This document shows, in pieces, positions 1 to 12,641 of a stretch of 64,000 bases of DNA. A model generated the notes under the pieces. That model saw nothing but the letters and a program-made list of their open reading frames with translations. It searched no databases and was not told the origin of the DNA. The stretch is taken from positions 62,001 to 126,000 of the forward strand of contig NIVC01000260.1 of assembly GCA_002269645.1 (NCBI GenBank), written 5' to 3'. Within the stretch, counting starts at the first letter, position 1. Every line of letters starts with the position of its first letter. The stretch is from Macrostomum lignano. Lineage: Eukaryota. Made by a program: the position numbers and the translations under genes.

Positions 1-190
1 GCCTACAACTATTTAGGCGCCAAGCCTACAATTATCTTGGCGCTAAGCCTACAACTATTTAGGCGCCAAGCCTACAACTTTTTAGGCGCCAAGCCTACAA
101 CTATTTAGGCGCCAAGCCTACAATTATTTTGGCGCCAAGCCTACAATTATTTTGGCGCCAAAGCCACAATCAGTTTGGCGCCTAGCCCAC
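1..190. repeat. Tandem minisatellite, ~23-24 bp unit GGCGCCAAGCCTACAA(C/T)TATTT(T), truncated by the window edge
   Basis: About 8 imperfect copies read directly in 1-190. Confidence 0.9.
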
Positions 191-1076
191 AATCAAAGAG
201 GCAAGGGAAAAGGGAAAAATCTGTCAATTTGTTCACTTCCCAATAACACTGGCAACAGAGAAAAGCTGGCTCGCAAAAAGCAGTATTAAAAATCTAAAAA
301 TAACTTTCAGCAAAAACTCTACCACTGAGATTCCGAGGGTCAGTCTACTTGGCGGGTTCAGGAGGACATTGGGCATTGATTTGGTTACAGGCAGGATTAG
401 CGGAGCGGCAATGCCTGCCCCAAACAATGAGTATAAGAATAGAAGTAAATGGATCAAACCCAAACCCAAACCCATGTCCTTTTTATCGATCCAGTTCCGC
501 AGCAGGCCCCGGTTCTAAAATTCTCGTATCGATTCAGCCTGCCGTGTCTATATTTAGGTTTTGAAAGTCACGTGATCAGTCGAAGATCTGAGCCTTCGGA
601 ATGTCTGCACTAGCGCCTTTAACCAAACTCTGCTCCCGCTCGGTCATTGTTTGAGCAGAAGTGCCGCGGGCTCAGATAGTTGCCATGGCAACTCAATCAG
701 GAAAGCAGAGGCCCTATATCGATACGGCAGATTTGGGACTGGGAAAGCAGATCGATAATGTGATCGGCCAGCAGTGCACGGGGAACGGGGGGGGGGAGGG
801 AGCAGGAGACGCGCGGAAGGCCGCCCCACCGTACACAGAGAGAGAGACTCCAAAACGAACGAAACGACAAAAAAAGAAATATAGAGAGAGGGAAAGAGAA
901 AGAGAAAAAATATTTGCCAAGAAAAGTCGCCAGGAATTAAAGAAAAAAGAACTCGCTTCACTGAGAGAAGGCAGTGTGGAGCCAGAAATACTCAGAAATT
1001 TGGCTAAGTTTCCGCAGAAGACAAAAGCAATACTCAGATACAGCAAAAGTTCCTCAGCAACAGCGGCGGCAGCAGC

Positions 1077-4000
1077 ATGAACCGCAGCCTGTCAGCCTCA
1101 TCGGAGTCGCTGCTAGACGAACTGGCCACGAAGTCGCGCGTCCTGTTCGCCAACCTCGACCGCGACGGCAAAGGCTTCATCGATGCCGGCGAACTGGCCG
1201 ACTTCTGCACCGACATGTCCGAGGAGGAGTGCCAGCGCCTGTTCCGGGAGCTGGACAGGGACGGCGACGGCCGGATCAGCGTGGCCGACTTTCGCGAAGG
1301 CTTCCGCCTGATCAGCCGGACGGTGCATCAGCGCTGCGAGCATCACGAGCAGCGCCGACGCTCGTCCAACGCCTCCACCAACGGCCTGTCGCCCAAGCCG
1401 TACAGCCCGAACAGCTCCAAGGCCAACAGCATCGACGAAGTTGAAGAAGGCGGCTCGGCGTCGGCAGCTGGCGGCGGCAGGCGCTCCGGCATCAGCGACC
1501 CGGCCTCTCTGGGCGAGTGCCTGCAGAGCCTGAGCTGTCAGGACCAGGTGTTCGAGTTCTACCATCAGCTGGGTGAGGAGCGGCCCACTCTGTTGGACAA
1601 CTTCGAGACAGTCCTGGCCGAGCTCATGGCTGTTGTCAAGGCCCTGCAGACAGAGCAGCAACGCCTGGAGCAACTGCTCAGCAGCGAGCGCCAGCGACAC
1701 GCTCAAGCGATTCGCGACCTCGAAGTGGAAGTCGAGCACCAGCTGAAATCGGCTGAGCAGGCGGTCCTGTCCCGCGAACGCCAGGGCCTCGAGCAGGGCG
1801 TCCGCGACATGCTGGCCCAGCGAGATGTTGAAATCTCCAGTCTGAAGCAGCAGCTGGCCGCACTGAAGCAGCGCGCAGCCGAAGGTCGCGAGGTGGACAC
1901 GGAGACGGCAGCCTACAAGGCTGAGCTGGAGAAAATCCGCTCTGAGAAGAAGGCGCTGCAGCTGGACTTGAGCGGCGCCGAGACTCGGCTGGCCATTGTC
2001 ATGAGCGAGGTGGCCACGCTGAAGCAGGCGCTGCAGGACCGCGACCAGCAGCTGCGCAGGGAGCGGGAGTCCATGCAGGAGCAGGTGGACTGCGTGCACT
2101 GCCTCACTGCCTGTCCCTCACTCTCCCTCCCTGTCACCCTCCGACATGTCACTGTCACTGTCACCCACTCCCTCCCTGTCACCCTCTCCCTCACTGTCAC
2201 CCTCTCCCTCACTGTCACCCTCTACCTCACTGTCACCCTCTCCCTCACTTTCACCCTCTCCCTCACTGTCACCCTCTACCTCACTGTCACCCTCTCCCTC
2301 ACTTTCACCCTCTCCCTCACTGTCACCCTCTCCCTCACTGTCACCCTCCCTGTCACCCTCTCCCTCACTGTCACCCACTCCCTCACTGTCACCCTCTCCC
2401 TCACTGTCACCCTCTCCCTCACTGTCACCCTCCCTGTCACCCTCTCCCTCACTGTCACCCTCTCCCTCACTGTCACCCTCTCCCTCACTGTCACCCTCTA
2501 CCTCACTGTCACCCTCTACCTCACTTTCACCCTCTCCCTCACTGTCACCCTCTCCCTCACTGTCACCCTCCCTGTCACCCTCTCCCTCACTGTCACCCTC
2601 TCCCTCACTGTCACCCTCTCCCTCACTGTCACCCTCTCCCTCACTGTCACCCTCTCCCTCACTGTCACCCTCTCCCTCACTGTCACCCTCACTGTCACCC
2701 TCTCCCTCACTGTCACCCTCTCCCTCACTGTCACCCTCACTGTCACCCTCTCCCTCACTCTCTAAGTCTCTCCCCTCGCTCTGTTCCCGTCTTTTATTAT
2801 TTTATCTCCCCTCTCCATCCCATCAGGTAACCCCCGATAATCTAGACTCCCCGATCTCTTCCGCATCAAAAAATTGCAAAGCTGCTCACCCCCCCCCGCC
2901 CAACCGCATCGCGATCTCAGGTGCGCGAGCAGGACCGCATCACCCAGCAGCTGCACCTGCTGCACCAGACTAATCGGCAGCTCCGAGACAAGAACGAGGA
3001 GCTCCGCGAAGCCCTGGAGGCCAGTCAGGCCAGCGCTGTGCGCCTTCGCCAGCAGCAGCAGCCGGCCTCGTCCCGCCTGCTCCAGCAGAGCCACCTGGCC
3101 GAATCTGCCCTGCGAATCTGCGACCCGAACTACCCGAACAGCGGCCGCCGAATGGACAGCTGCGACTTGGACAGCGACAACCCCGACAGCGGCATGTCGA
3201 CTCTGCGCGACGTGCCCGACTTGGAGGTCGAGGACGCCGCCAACAACTGGGCAGCGGCAGCCGCCGCCGCAGCAGGGGTCTCGGCACCGCCGCCCAGATC
3301 GGCGCGCAGCAGCGGCTACTACAGCCGGCAGAGCAGCAGCAGCGCTCTGGCAGCAGGAAGAGCAACCGCCAGGCACTCCCGCCAGCTGCAGCAGCAGCCG
3401 CTGAACTCTGAATCAGAAGCTGGCGAAGATGCTGCCGAGGAGGAGCTGTACAGGCTGAGAGAGTACGACATCATTCAGCCTGAGCAGCAGCAGCAGCAGC
3501 AGCCGCATCAGGTGTCATCGCTCAGACGCTCCGTCAGCCGCCAGGTTGCTCAAAACTTCGACGAAGACGCGGACGAGCAGCCGGTCTCGATGTCGCGCCA
3601 CTCCGGCTCCCGAGCTCACCTGGGCGTGTCAACCGACTCGCTGCAGCGCAGTCAGGAGTGCCTCAGCGGGCACAGCGCCATCACCACCGTGCCCAGGAGG
3701 GACCGTCGCGGTGGCGGCGGCGCGGGAAGTCGTCGGCAGAAGCCGGAATCGAGTCCGGGACGGCAGGCGGCCGCTGGCCAAGAGGCGTCGACATCGTGCG
3801 CGATTGTCACCGTGTCGGGCAACCCGGAGCGCATGTTCAAAGTGGTGCTGGCTGGCGACGCCGCCGTCGGCAAGTCCAGCTTCATCATGAGGCTGTGCGA
3901 CAACCGGTTCACGGAGAACACCACGGCCACTCTCGGGGTGGACTTCAAGACTAAGATTATCGCCGTTGATGGGCGCGTATTTGCACTGCAGGTGGGTGCA

Positions 4001-5674
4001 CATCATCCAGGTGTACACATTCCCAACTAAATCATCATCCAGGTGTACACATTCCTAACACAATCATAAGGTGTACACATTCCCAACACAATCATAAGGT
4101 GTACACATTCCCAACACAATCATAAGGTGTACACATTCCCAACACAATCAGAAGGTGTACACATTCCCAACACAATCATAAGGTGTACACATTCCCAACA
4201 CAATCATAAGGTGTACACATTCCCAACACAATCATAAGGTGTACACATTCCCAACACAATCATAAGGTGTACACATTCCCAACACAATCATAAGGTGTAC
4301 ACGTTCCCAACACAATCATAAGGTGTACACATTCCCAACACAATCATAAGGTGTACACGTTCCCAACACAATCATAAGGTGTACACATTCCCAACACAAT
4401 CAGAAGGTGTACACATTCCCAACACAATCATAAGGTGTACACATTCCCAACACAATCATAAGGTGTACACATTCCCAACACAATCATAAGGTGTACACAT
4501 TCCCAACACAATCATAAGGTGTACACATTCCCAACACAATCAGAAGGTGTACACATTCCCAACACAATCATAAGGTGTACACATTCCCAACACAATCAGA
4601 AGGTGTACACATTCCCAACACAATCAGAAGGTGTACACATTCCCAACACAATCATAAGGTGTACACGTTGCCAACACAATCATAAGGTGTACACATTCCC
4701 AACACAATCATAAGGTGTACACATTCCCAACACAATCATAAGGTGTACACATTCCCAACACAATCATAAGGTGTACACATTCCCAACCTCTTCCAGCTGT
4801 GGGACACGGCAGGCCAGGAGCGCTTCCGGTCCGTTGCCAAGTCCTACTTCCGCCGGGCCGATGGCGTCCTGCTGCTATTCGACTGCACCTACGAGCGCTC
4901 GTTCTTGAGCGTGCGCGAATGGGTCGATCAGGTGCACGAGGCTGCGGACAAATCCGTGCCAATAATGATCTGCTCGAACAAGACGGACTTAAGACTGGCT
5001 GCCCAGCAACAGGGCAAGCGGGTAGTCGAGTATACGGAAGCAAGAAAGCTGGCGCAAGAGTACGACGCACTGTTTGCCGAGGTTAGCGCGAAGAGCGGCG
5101 AGAATGTGCAGATGTGCGTCACGGAGCTGGCCAGACTGATGCAGGCTAGCGAGGATCTGCAGGTGAGAGGCTGGACTGTCACTGTCTCTGAGTGCTACTG
5201 GACTGTCACTGTCTCTGAGTGCTACTGGACTGTCACTGTCTCTGAGTGCTACTGGACTGTCACTGTTTCTGAGTGCTACTGGACTGTCACTGTCTCTGAG
5301 TGCTACTGGACTGTCACTGTCTCTGAGTGCTACTGGACTGTCACTGTTTCTGAGTGCTACTGGACTGTCACTGTCTTGTCTTTAAGTGCTACTGGACTGT
5401 CACTGTCACTGTCTCTGAGTGCTACTGGACTGTCACTGTCTTGTCTTTGAGTGCTACTGGACTGTCACTGTCACTGTCTCTGAGTGCTACTGGACTGTCA
5501 CTGTCTCCGAGTGCTACTGGACTGTCACTTTCCCTGATCCTCTAGATCTGAAGTCAGACAGCACAATCCCCAACCATCAAACGCTTGTAGGTGAATCGCG
5601 CAAATGTCCGTCTCGGCAAAGACGATGACAAAGGAAAGAATGCAAAAGAAAAATCTGCCTGCTGCGATTTCTAG
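1077..5674 (+). CDS. RASEF: RASEF/Rab45-like large Rab GTPase (2 EF-hands + coiled coil + Rab domain), ~842 aa; exons 1077-2084, 2921-3991, 4797-5162, 5591-5674
   Basis: EF-hand loops [12 protein letters not shown] and [13 protein letters not shown]; long coiled coil; Rab motifs [15 protein letters not shown], (spliced) LQ|[19 protein letters not shown]. Last exon [27 protein letters not shown] ends in a CCxx prenylation motif. All three introns are GT-AG, phase 0, and restore the frame. Confidence 0.93.
2110..2760. repeat. Minisatellite filling RASEF intron 1, 18-bp unit TCACTGTCACCCTCTCCC
   Basis: About 35 copies; source of the artefactual (LSLTVT)n and (SLSPSP)n ORFs. Confidence 0.95.
4011..4787. 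repeat. Minisatellite filling RASEF intron 2, 28-bp unit GTGTACACATTCCCAACACAATCATAAG
   Basis: About 27 near-identical copies; the last partial copy runs directly into the acceptor (...TTCCCAACCTCTTCCAG). Confidence 0.95.
5171..5530. repeat. Minisatellite in RASEF intron 3, 27-bp unit CTGGACTGTCACTGTCTCTGAGTGCTA
   Basis: About 12 copies starting 8 nt after the donor; gives the (VTVSECYWT)n ORF. Confidence 0.95.
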
Positions 5675-6769
5675 ACTCAGATCTTGGACCGATCGACCGA
5701 CTCATAGCTTGGTCACTCGCGGCGAGTACATGAAATCACTGCCTGCTGCAGTTCTCTCTCGCAATTCATTATTTAGCCCATCATCTCCGTGTCGATGCTG
5801 AATCAATCTATAATTGACTTATTTTCTGGTGGCGGTTACTAAAGTGCGACTTTTGGTAGAGTAGCTGGCAACATGTACATGTAAGGTTGGTACAGCAGAG
5901 TAGCAAATCAGAATTCAGGGCTTATTTTTTCGCCCAACTTTAAATACATGGTTTAATGCTCAAACTTTAAAGATGGTAAAACAATCCGACATATACATGT
6001 ATACAAGTGACCACAGCTAAAAAAATTTGACCAAAACATAACTTTGTTCGAATGCATCGAATGCACCAAATAGTTTACCCGATGAAAACGGTAACTACAG
6101 AGAGAGTCACTTGCCGCAAATAACGCGCGACTCAAAATTCGCCTCTCAGTCGCATTGCAATCGTTTGTCTAATTCTCACGCGGCAACGTTTTCACCGGGA
6201 GAACTAACCTCTATCTCGTACTTACCTGGTATTACTGTAGTAACTCATTTGGTTGAATACACACAGAGTTTGCAAAATTTCGTTTTCAACAGTAGCGCAA
6301 ATAACTTTGGTGATTTGGTTTGTTTTTTTCTGCGCTATCAGAACCAATTGTTTTTTTTTTAAGTAGGCAGGCGCGTGCGATATCAGTCTCGAGGGCCCCT
6401 CTCTTACTATGGCTGGTTGCCCCTAACTTTTGGTGCGGCCAAAAGTGCCCAAAGTACTATATATTTCGCCAGTAACCACTTTCATATTGATAATTTACCA
6501 GCCAATGTGTAAATATTTTAACATTCTCTGTTAAAAACTACAATCACATATAAATTGTAGTAGATAATATATTTTTTTTCAAAACTTTTCTCTGAAGTCC
6601 TGAAAAATATTCGCGATGGAATGGTGATACTCCCTATTTTTGTTATTATTTGATCCCTTCTAAGGTACCCGAAAATGTTTAAAATTTACACGGAAATATA
6701 TTATTAAATGATTGCGTCATTGAGAATTACCGCGCCAGAATGATGAATTATTTTAATTTATTTCATTCA

Positions 6770-6980
6770 AATATGAATTGGCTAAATCAAAAATAAATTG
6801 TCTATCCCAAAAATGAATTGGCTACCTCAAAAATGATATGGCTACCCACAAAATGAAATGGCTACCCTAAAAAATCAAATGGCTATCTCCAAAATCAAAT
6901 GGCTACCCCAAAAAATGAAATGGCTACCCTAAAAAATCAAATAGCTACCTCAAAAATAAAATGGCTACCTCAAAAGCTGC
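6770..6980. repeat. Degenerate ~20-22 bp tandem repeat AAAAAT(G/C)AAATGGCTACC
   Basis: About 9 copies with a TGGCTA(C/T)C core. Confidence 0.8.
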
Positions 6981-7432
6981 TACTATAAATGGATAAGTAG
7001 AAATGAAAGCAAATTATAACTAAAATAAATTTGAGCATTGCAAGCTGTAGCCCGTAGCTAATAAAAGATTAAAACGGCAGAAGACACGCATATTTACTTG
7101 GCAGCTAATGAAGCGTGGGTGGCACAAAATATTGCTCGACGTCGACAATCGTGAAAACAATTTATTTATTTATTGTGCTGGTTCCTTCTAAGCCACGATG
7201 ACTTATAAACACGCAAAATCGGTATTAGCGTGAAATATATTAATTAAAGAAGCGAATACCGCCCTCATGCGCTACAATAAAATATAGAGGAAAACCTACA
7301 TTAAGCTGTATGGCGGATCAGGTATTGCAGAAGCCGGAGGCAAGCGAGCGCGAGTAACAGATTTATTAATAAATTGTGCAGATTCAACTCATTAGTAGAT
7401 TCATATGTAGACCCGACTGTGTACATTTCATA

Positions 7433-7860
7433 CAGATCTGGGAGCCTGGCCCAGTAACTGGGGATCTGGGAGGCTGGCCCAGTAACTGAGGATCTGGGAG
7501 GCTGGCCCAGCAACTGGGGATCTGAGACGCTGGCCCAGCAACTGGGGGTCTGGGAGGCTGGCCCAGCAACTGAGGATCTGGGAGGCTGGCCCAGCAACTG
7601 GGGATCTGGGAGGCTGGCCCAGCAACTGGGGGTCTGGGAGGCTGGCCCAGCAACTGAGGATCTGGGAGGCTGGCCCAGCAACTGAGGATCTGGGAGGCTG
7701 GCCCAGCAACTGAGGATCTGGGAGGCTGGCCCAGCAACTGAGGATCTGGGAGGCTGGCCCAGCAACTGGGGATCTGAGAGGCTGGCCCAGCAACTGGGGG
7801 TCTGGGAGGCTGGCCCAGCAACTGAGGATCTGGGAGACTGGCCCAGCAACTGAGGATCTG
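7433..7860. repeat. Minisatellite, 28-bp unit GGGAGGCTGGCCCAGCAACTG(A/G)GGATCT
   Basis: About 15 copies; the same unit recurs at 61920-62130. Confidence 0.95.
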
Positions 7861-8399
7861 CGCATTCTAAACCATATCAAAGTTTGTCGCGTACAAAAGC
7901 GTTACAAAAGTTTATAAGGAGATTCTCAATCATGCACCACAGAGACTGGCCACCCGAGCGAAACGAGATAAATAAATAAATCGAACTTAGAAGCAGCCAC
8001 TCCTTAATTATAACTGCTAATCCTCGTACTGAATGGATTAAATATTGATTCGCTTTAGAAAAACGGTTGAAAAAAACTTCAATTTTGTCGATTATAAAAA
8101 ACTCACGGGGCTATCTCTTACACTAAAAAATTGGTATTGAGAAGTACATGTACAAACACCATAAAAAGTACGAATTAGTATATATTGCATAATTATCAAC
8201 ACTTATCAATGTTGCTATGAAGTGCAACGTGCGACAAAGCGACACGAAAGCTGAGCGAATTAAGCTGCGGGGTGCAAGGCAAGCCAACTATTAAATATGC
8301 CAATACTATACTCAACTGGTACTGCACTGCAGCTCACAGACAGACTCTATTATCAAAATCGGTCACTAAACAACATTAAGTATAACATAAAATTTATTA

Positions 8400-9482
8400 A
8401 ACTTAGTTGATTGTATGACCAACTCAACTGATTGTATGACCAACAACTTAACTGATTGTATGACCAACAACTCAACTGATTGTATGACCAACTTAACTAA
8501 TTTTATTATCAACAATTCAACTAATGGTAATGACCAACTTAACTGATCGTATGACCAATTCAACTGATTGTATGACCAACTCAACTGATTGTATGACCAA
8601 CTTAACTAATTTTATTATCAACAATTCAACTAATGGTAATGACCAACTTAACTGATCGTATGACCAATTCAACTGATTGTATGACCAACAACTCAACTGA
8701 TTGTATGACCAACTCAACTGATTGTATGACCAACTCAACAGATTGTATGAACAACTTAACTAATTTTATTATCAACAATTCAACTAATGGTAATGACCAA
8801 CTCAACTGATCGTATGACCAATTCAACTGATTGTATGACCAACAACTTAACTGATTGTATGACCAACTCAACTGATCGTATGACCAATTCAACTGATTGT
8901 ATGACCAACAACTTAACTGATTGTATGACCAACTCAACTGATTGTATGACCAACTCAACAGATTGTCTGACCAATTCAAATGATTGTATGACCAACTCAA
9001 CAGATTGTATGGCCAATTCAACTGATTGTATGACCAACAACTCAACTGATTGTATGACCAACTCAACTGATTGTATGACCAACTCAACTGATTGTATGAC
9101 CAACAACTCAACTGATTGTATGACCAACAACTCAACTGATTGTATGACCAACTTAACAGATTGTATGACCAATTCAACTGATTCTATGACCAACAACTTA
9201 ACTGATTGTATGACCAACAACTGATTGTATGACCAACTTAACAGATTGTACGACCAATTCAACTGATTGTATGACCAACAACTCAACTGATTGTATGACC
9301 AACAACTCAACTGATTGTATACCCAACTCAACTGATTGTATGACCAACTTAACAGATTGTACGACCAATTCAACTGATTGTATGACCAACAACTCAACTG
9401 ATTGTATGACCAACTTAACTAATTTTATTATCAACAACTCAACTAATGGTAATGACCAACTCAACTGATCGTATGACCAATT
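8400..9482. repeat. Minisatellite, 21/24-bp unit TGATTGTATGACCAA(CAA)CTCAAC, with a recurring longer interruption
   Basis: About 40 units; the block CTTAACTAATTTTATTATCAACAA(T/C)TCAACTAATGGTAATGACCAA recurs near 8484, 8601, 8756 and 9413. Confidence 0.95.
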
Positions 9483-9700
9483 CCACTTCTTGATAACAGC
9501 TATTCTAGTAAACAAACAATCATATTGCTAATTCATTACGACACAAACAAGAATTTCTATAATTCAATAAATATTAAACCAACGCAATAGATTTAAGTTC
9601 CAACGCGACCGAATTAACAATATAAATATGATATAAAGTATTGTAGTAGACAAAGAGTCATTGTCGCACAAAAACTTCATAGCAATCATAGCCGAAGATT

Positions 9701-11690
9701 TCAATCCTTCCAGTTCTCCTTGATCTTGATGGCCCATTCCCAGGACAAGAAGTCGTTCCTATCGTCATCCGTGAAGCGCGATTTCACGGCGTAGGAGCCG
9801 CGCGACATCATGCCGCTGGGGGCCTCGTGCACCGGGCTGTTGTACACGTGCGGCTCCGGCTTAGGCGGGTAACTGCCAACCATCAGATCGTCCTTGGCAA
9901 CTGTGGGTTGCGAAGTCAGGGGAAGGTATGGGTGTACACGTCTGTCCATTCGCTCACGCAGGGTGTACAGCACATGCTTGGGCGCAACCTTGGGATTCAC
10001 TCGGCCGTTTCTATTGGCAACACACACATGTAAGTCGCTATTGGACAGAATAGTAGTCACGTGACTGCTCTCAGCCAATAGAGACTTAAATGTGTATGTT
10101 GCCAATAGAAACGGCCGGGTGATTCCCAAGGTTGCGCATGTATGGTACAGCAGCCCTGACTTTCTACCCGTCAGGCATGTGCACTCTTTGAGCCTTGAGG
10201 GTTGGTCCTCATGGCTGTGAATTGCACAACCATGGTGGGATTAATGACCAATCCAATACATGATCAATGACCAATCCAATACAGGATCAATGACCAATCC
10301 AATACAGGATCAATGATCAATGACCAATCCAATACAGGATCAATGATCAATGACCAATCCAATACAGGATCAATGATCAATCCAATACAGGACCAATGAC
10401 CAATCCAATACAGATTCAATGACTATTCCAATACAGGATCAATGATCAATGACCAATCCAATACAGGATCAATGACCAATCCAATACAGGATCAATGACC
10501 AATCCAATACAGGATCAATGATCAATGACCAATCCAATACAGGATCAATGATCAATCCAATACAGGATCAATGATCAATCCAATACAGGATCAATGACCA
10601 ATCCAATACAGGATCAATGATCAATGACCAATCCAATACAGGTTCCATGACCAATCCAATACAGATTCAATGACTAATCCAATACAGATTCAATGACTAA
10701 TCCAATACAGGATCAATGATCAATGACCAATCCAATACAGGATCAATGACCAATCCAATACAGGATCAATGATCAATGACCAATCCAATACAGGTTCCAT
10801 GACCAATCCAATACAGATTCAATGACTAATCCAATACAGATTCAATGACTAATCCAATACAGGATCAATGACCAATCCAATACAGGATCAATGACCAATC
10901 CAATACATGATCAATGACCAATGACCAATCCAATACAGGATCAATGATCAATGACCAATCCAATACAGATTCAATGATCAATGACCAATCCAATACAGAT
11001 TCAATGACTAATCCAATACAGGATCAATGACCAATCCAATACAGGATCAATGACCAATCCAATACATGATCAATGACCAATGACCAATCCAATACAGGAT
11101 CAATGATCAATGACCAATCCAATACAGATTCAATGATCAATGACCAATCCAATACAGATTCAATGACCAATCCAATACAGGATCAATGACCAATGACTAA
11201 TCCAATACGGGATCAATGATCAATGACCAATCCGATACAGGATCAATGATCAATGACCAATCCAATACATGATCAATTTCAACTCACCTCTGACTCCCAG
11301 CTTGTACGTGGCCTGAATATACCTCAGACCGGACACAATGTCCCGCTGCACGTAGAAGAAAATTCTCACCCTATAATTGACCCCTTCCTTAATCACAATA
11401 GGATTATTTTTCAATTCCGCCAAGTCGCTATCCAGCAGTTGAAGCTCCACAGGGGCCCGTTGGTCGTCAACAAATTCAATTTGTATTTTTTGCACAATCA
11501 CATTTGCCGGATTGTCCGGAAATACCGGAGCCACTGAGCCGCTGCCTAGCAACGATTCTTTGTACTTTTTCAAAGCCTCGTCTTCAGGATCGGCGCTTTT
11601 AATCTCGTCGATGCTTTTAGCAGCGGGAGCTTTGAATCCGGTGTCCTCAGGCTCCAGGTCGCCGGCTGGGTTAGCTACCTTTTCGGCCAT
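9701..11690 (-). CDS. ARHGDI: Rho GDP-dissociation inhibitor, 200 aa; exons 11690-11288 and 9900-9701
   Basis: Motifs DPEDEALKKYKESLLG, IKEGVNYRVRIFFYVQRDIVSGLRY, MVGSYPPK, EAPSGMMSRGSYAVKSRFTDDD, WEW. Phase-1 GTGAGT...CCCACAG intron joins VR|V; 403+200 = 603 nt. Confidence 0.96.
10241..11275. repeat. Minisatellite filling most of the RhoGDI intron, ~23-bp unit GGATCAATGACCAATCCAATACA with optional extra ATCAATG
   Basis: About 40 copies extending to within ~12 nt of the minus-strand donor at 11287. Confidence 0.95.
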
Positions 11691-11864
11691 GATGCTGCCC
11701 AGGTAGAAGATATTTCACTGTTTTCGCATGCACAAATAATAGAAGTTCATTAAGTTTTTCTTCAAAGATTAGAAACAAGTAGAGATTAAAAATTAAATGC
11801 CTACGCTTCATATGAGCGGTTCTTTTGAGGTGTTGATTAATTAGTCTAATGTGACCCTAATTCA

Positions 11865-12200
11865 AGAGACTGAGGTGATTATTTAGAAGGCTGAGGTGAT
11901 TATTCAATAGGCTGAGGTGATTATTCAATAGGCTAAGGTGATTATTCAATAGGCTGAGGTGATTATTCATGAGGCTGAGGTGATTATTCCATAGGCTAAG
12001 GTGATTTTTCATGAGGCTGAGGTGGTTATTCAATAGGCTAAGGTGATTATTCATGAGGCTGAGGTGGTTATTCAATAGGCTAAGGTGATTTTTCATGAGG
12101 CTGAGGTGATTTTTCATGAGGCTGAGGTAATTTTTCATGAGGCTGAGATGATTTTTCATGAGGCTGAGGTGATTATTGATGAAGCTTAGGTGATTATTCA
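11865..12200. repeat. 21-bp minisatellite GCTGAGGTGATTATTCA(AT/TG)AG upstream of RhoGDI
   Basis: About 15 copies; gives the (NNHLSLL)n ORF. Confidence 0.9.
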
Positions 12201-12641
12201 TGTGGCTAAGATAGGATAATGAATCCAATGACTAATATGCTGACTCCCATGGTTGATATTATAGAAGAAAAAAAGAAAAAAAATGGTCTTTTTATGAGCA
12301 AAATATATAAATTTATGAGCCTAGACCTAGGTGTATAAATATAGTTAGAGTAGGAGCAACAGTGATCCTCAAGTAATTTTTAGTCTTATTAACTATACAT
12401 TTTTAATTTAAATCTGCCTGGTCCAATAAAATAGCCTGAATAAGCATGTTATATGGTATTGAATTTCTTTTATGTGTCAGACAAGATCCCAATCTTGATC
12501 TTGATTGTTAAGAGCTCAGCACTATTTCAATCTCAATCTTGGTTTTCAGATCTTGAAAAGAGTCAAGATTTGCAATTACATGACTATTTCTGACTATGAT
12601 ATTATACAGTTATAGTGATTTTCCACTTTGTTTCCTGATAT

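Noticed and set aside
661-1080. 139-aa Lys/Arg-rich ORF whose TGA overlaps the RASEF ATG (ATGA)
   Set aside because: Low-complexity purine-rich leader with no recognisable domain; the overlap is plausibly chance.
2085-2973. Long ORFs with (LSLTVT)n, (SLSPSP)n and (TVRERV)n, and the 562-aa ORF read-through
   Set aside because: Translations of the intron-1 minisatellite; the real frame splices at 2084/2921.
4011-4787. 28-bp repeat array superficially like a CRISPR array (also 60880-61610 and 62740-63280)
   Set aside because: Units are head-to-tail with no unique spacers, there are no cas genes, and the arrays lie inside spliceosomal introns.
7301-7880. Three overlapping minus-strand ORFs (GPASQ/WASLPDPQ repeats)
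   Set aside because: A 28-bp satellite cycling through frames; the same unit is intronic at 61920.
8366-9515. ORFs such as (MTNSTDC)n and (SWSYNQL)n that look like repeat or antifreeze proteins
   Set aside because: Stop-free translations of a 21/24-bp satellite on both strands; no splice or unique coding context.
1077-11690. Adjacency of two small-GTPase-pathway genes (RASEF and RhoGDI)
   Set aside because: Convergent orientation, and they act on different GTPase families (Rab vs Rho); no evidence of functional linkage.
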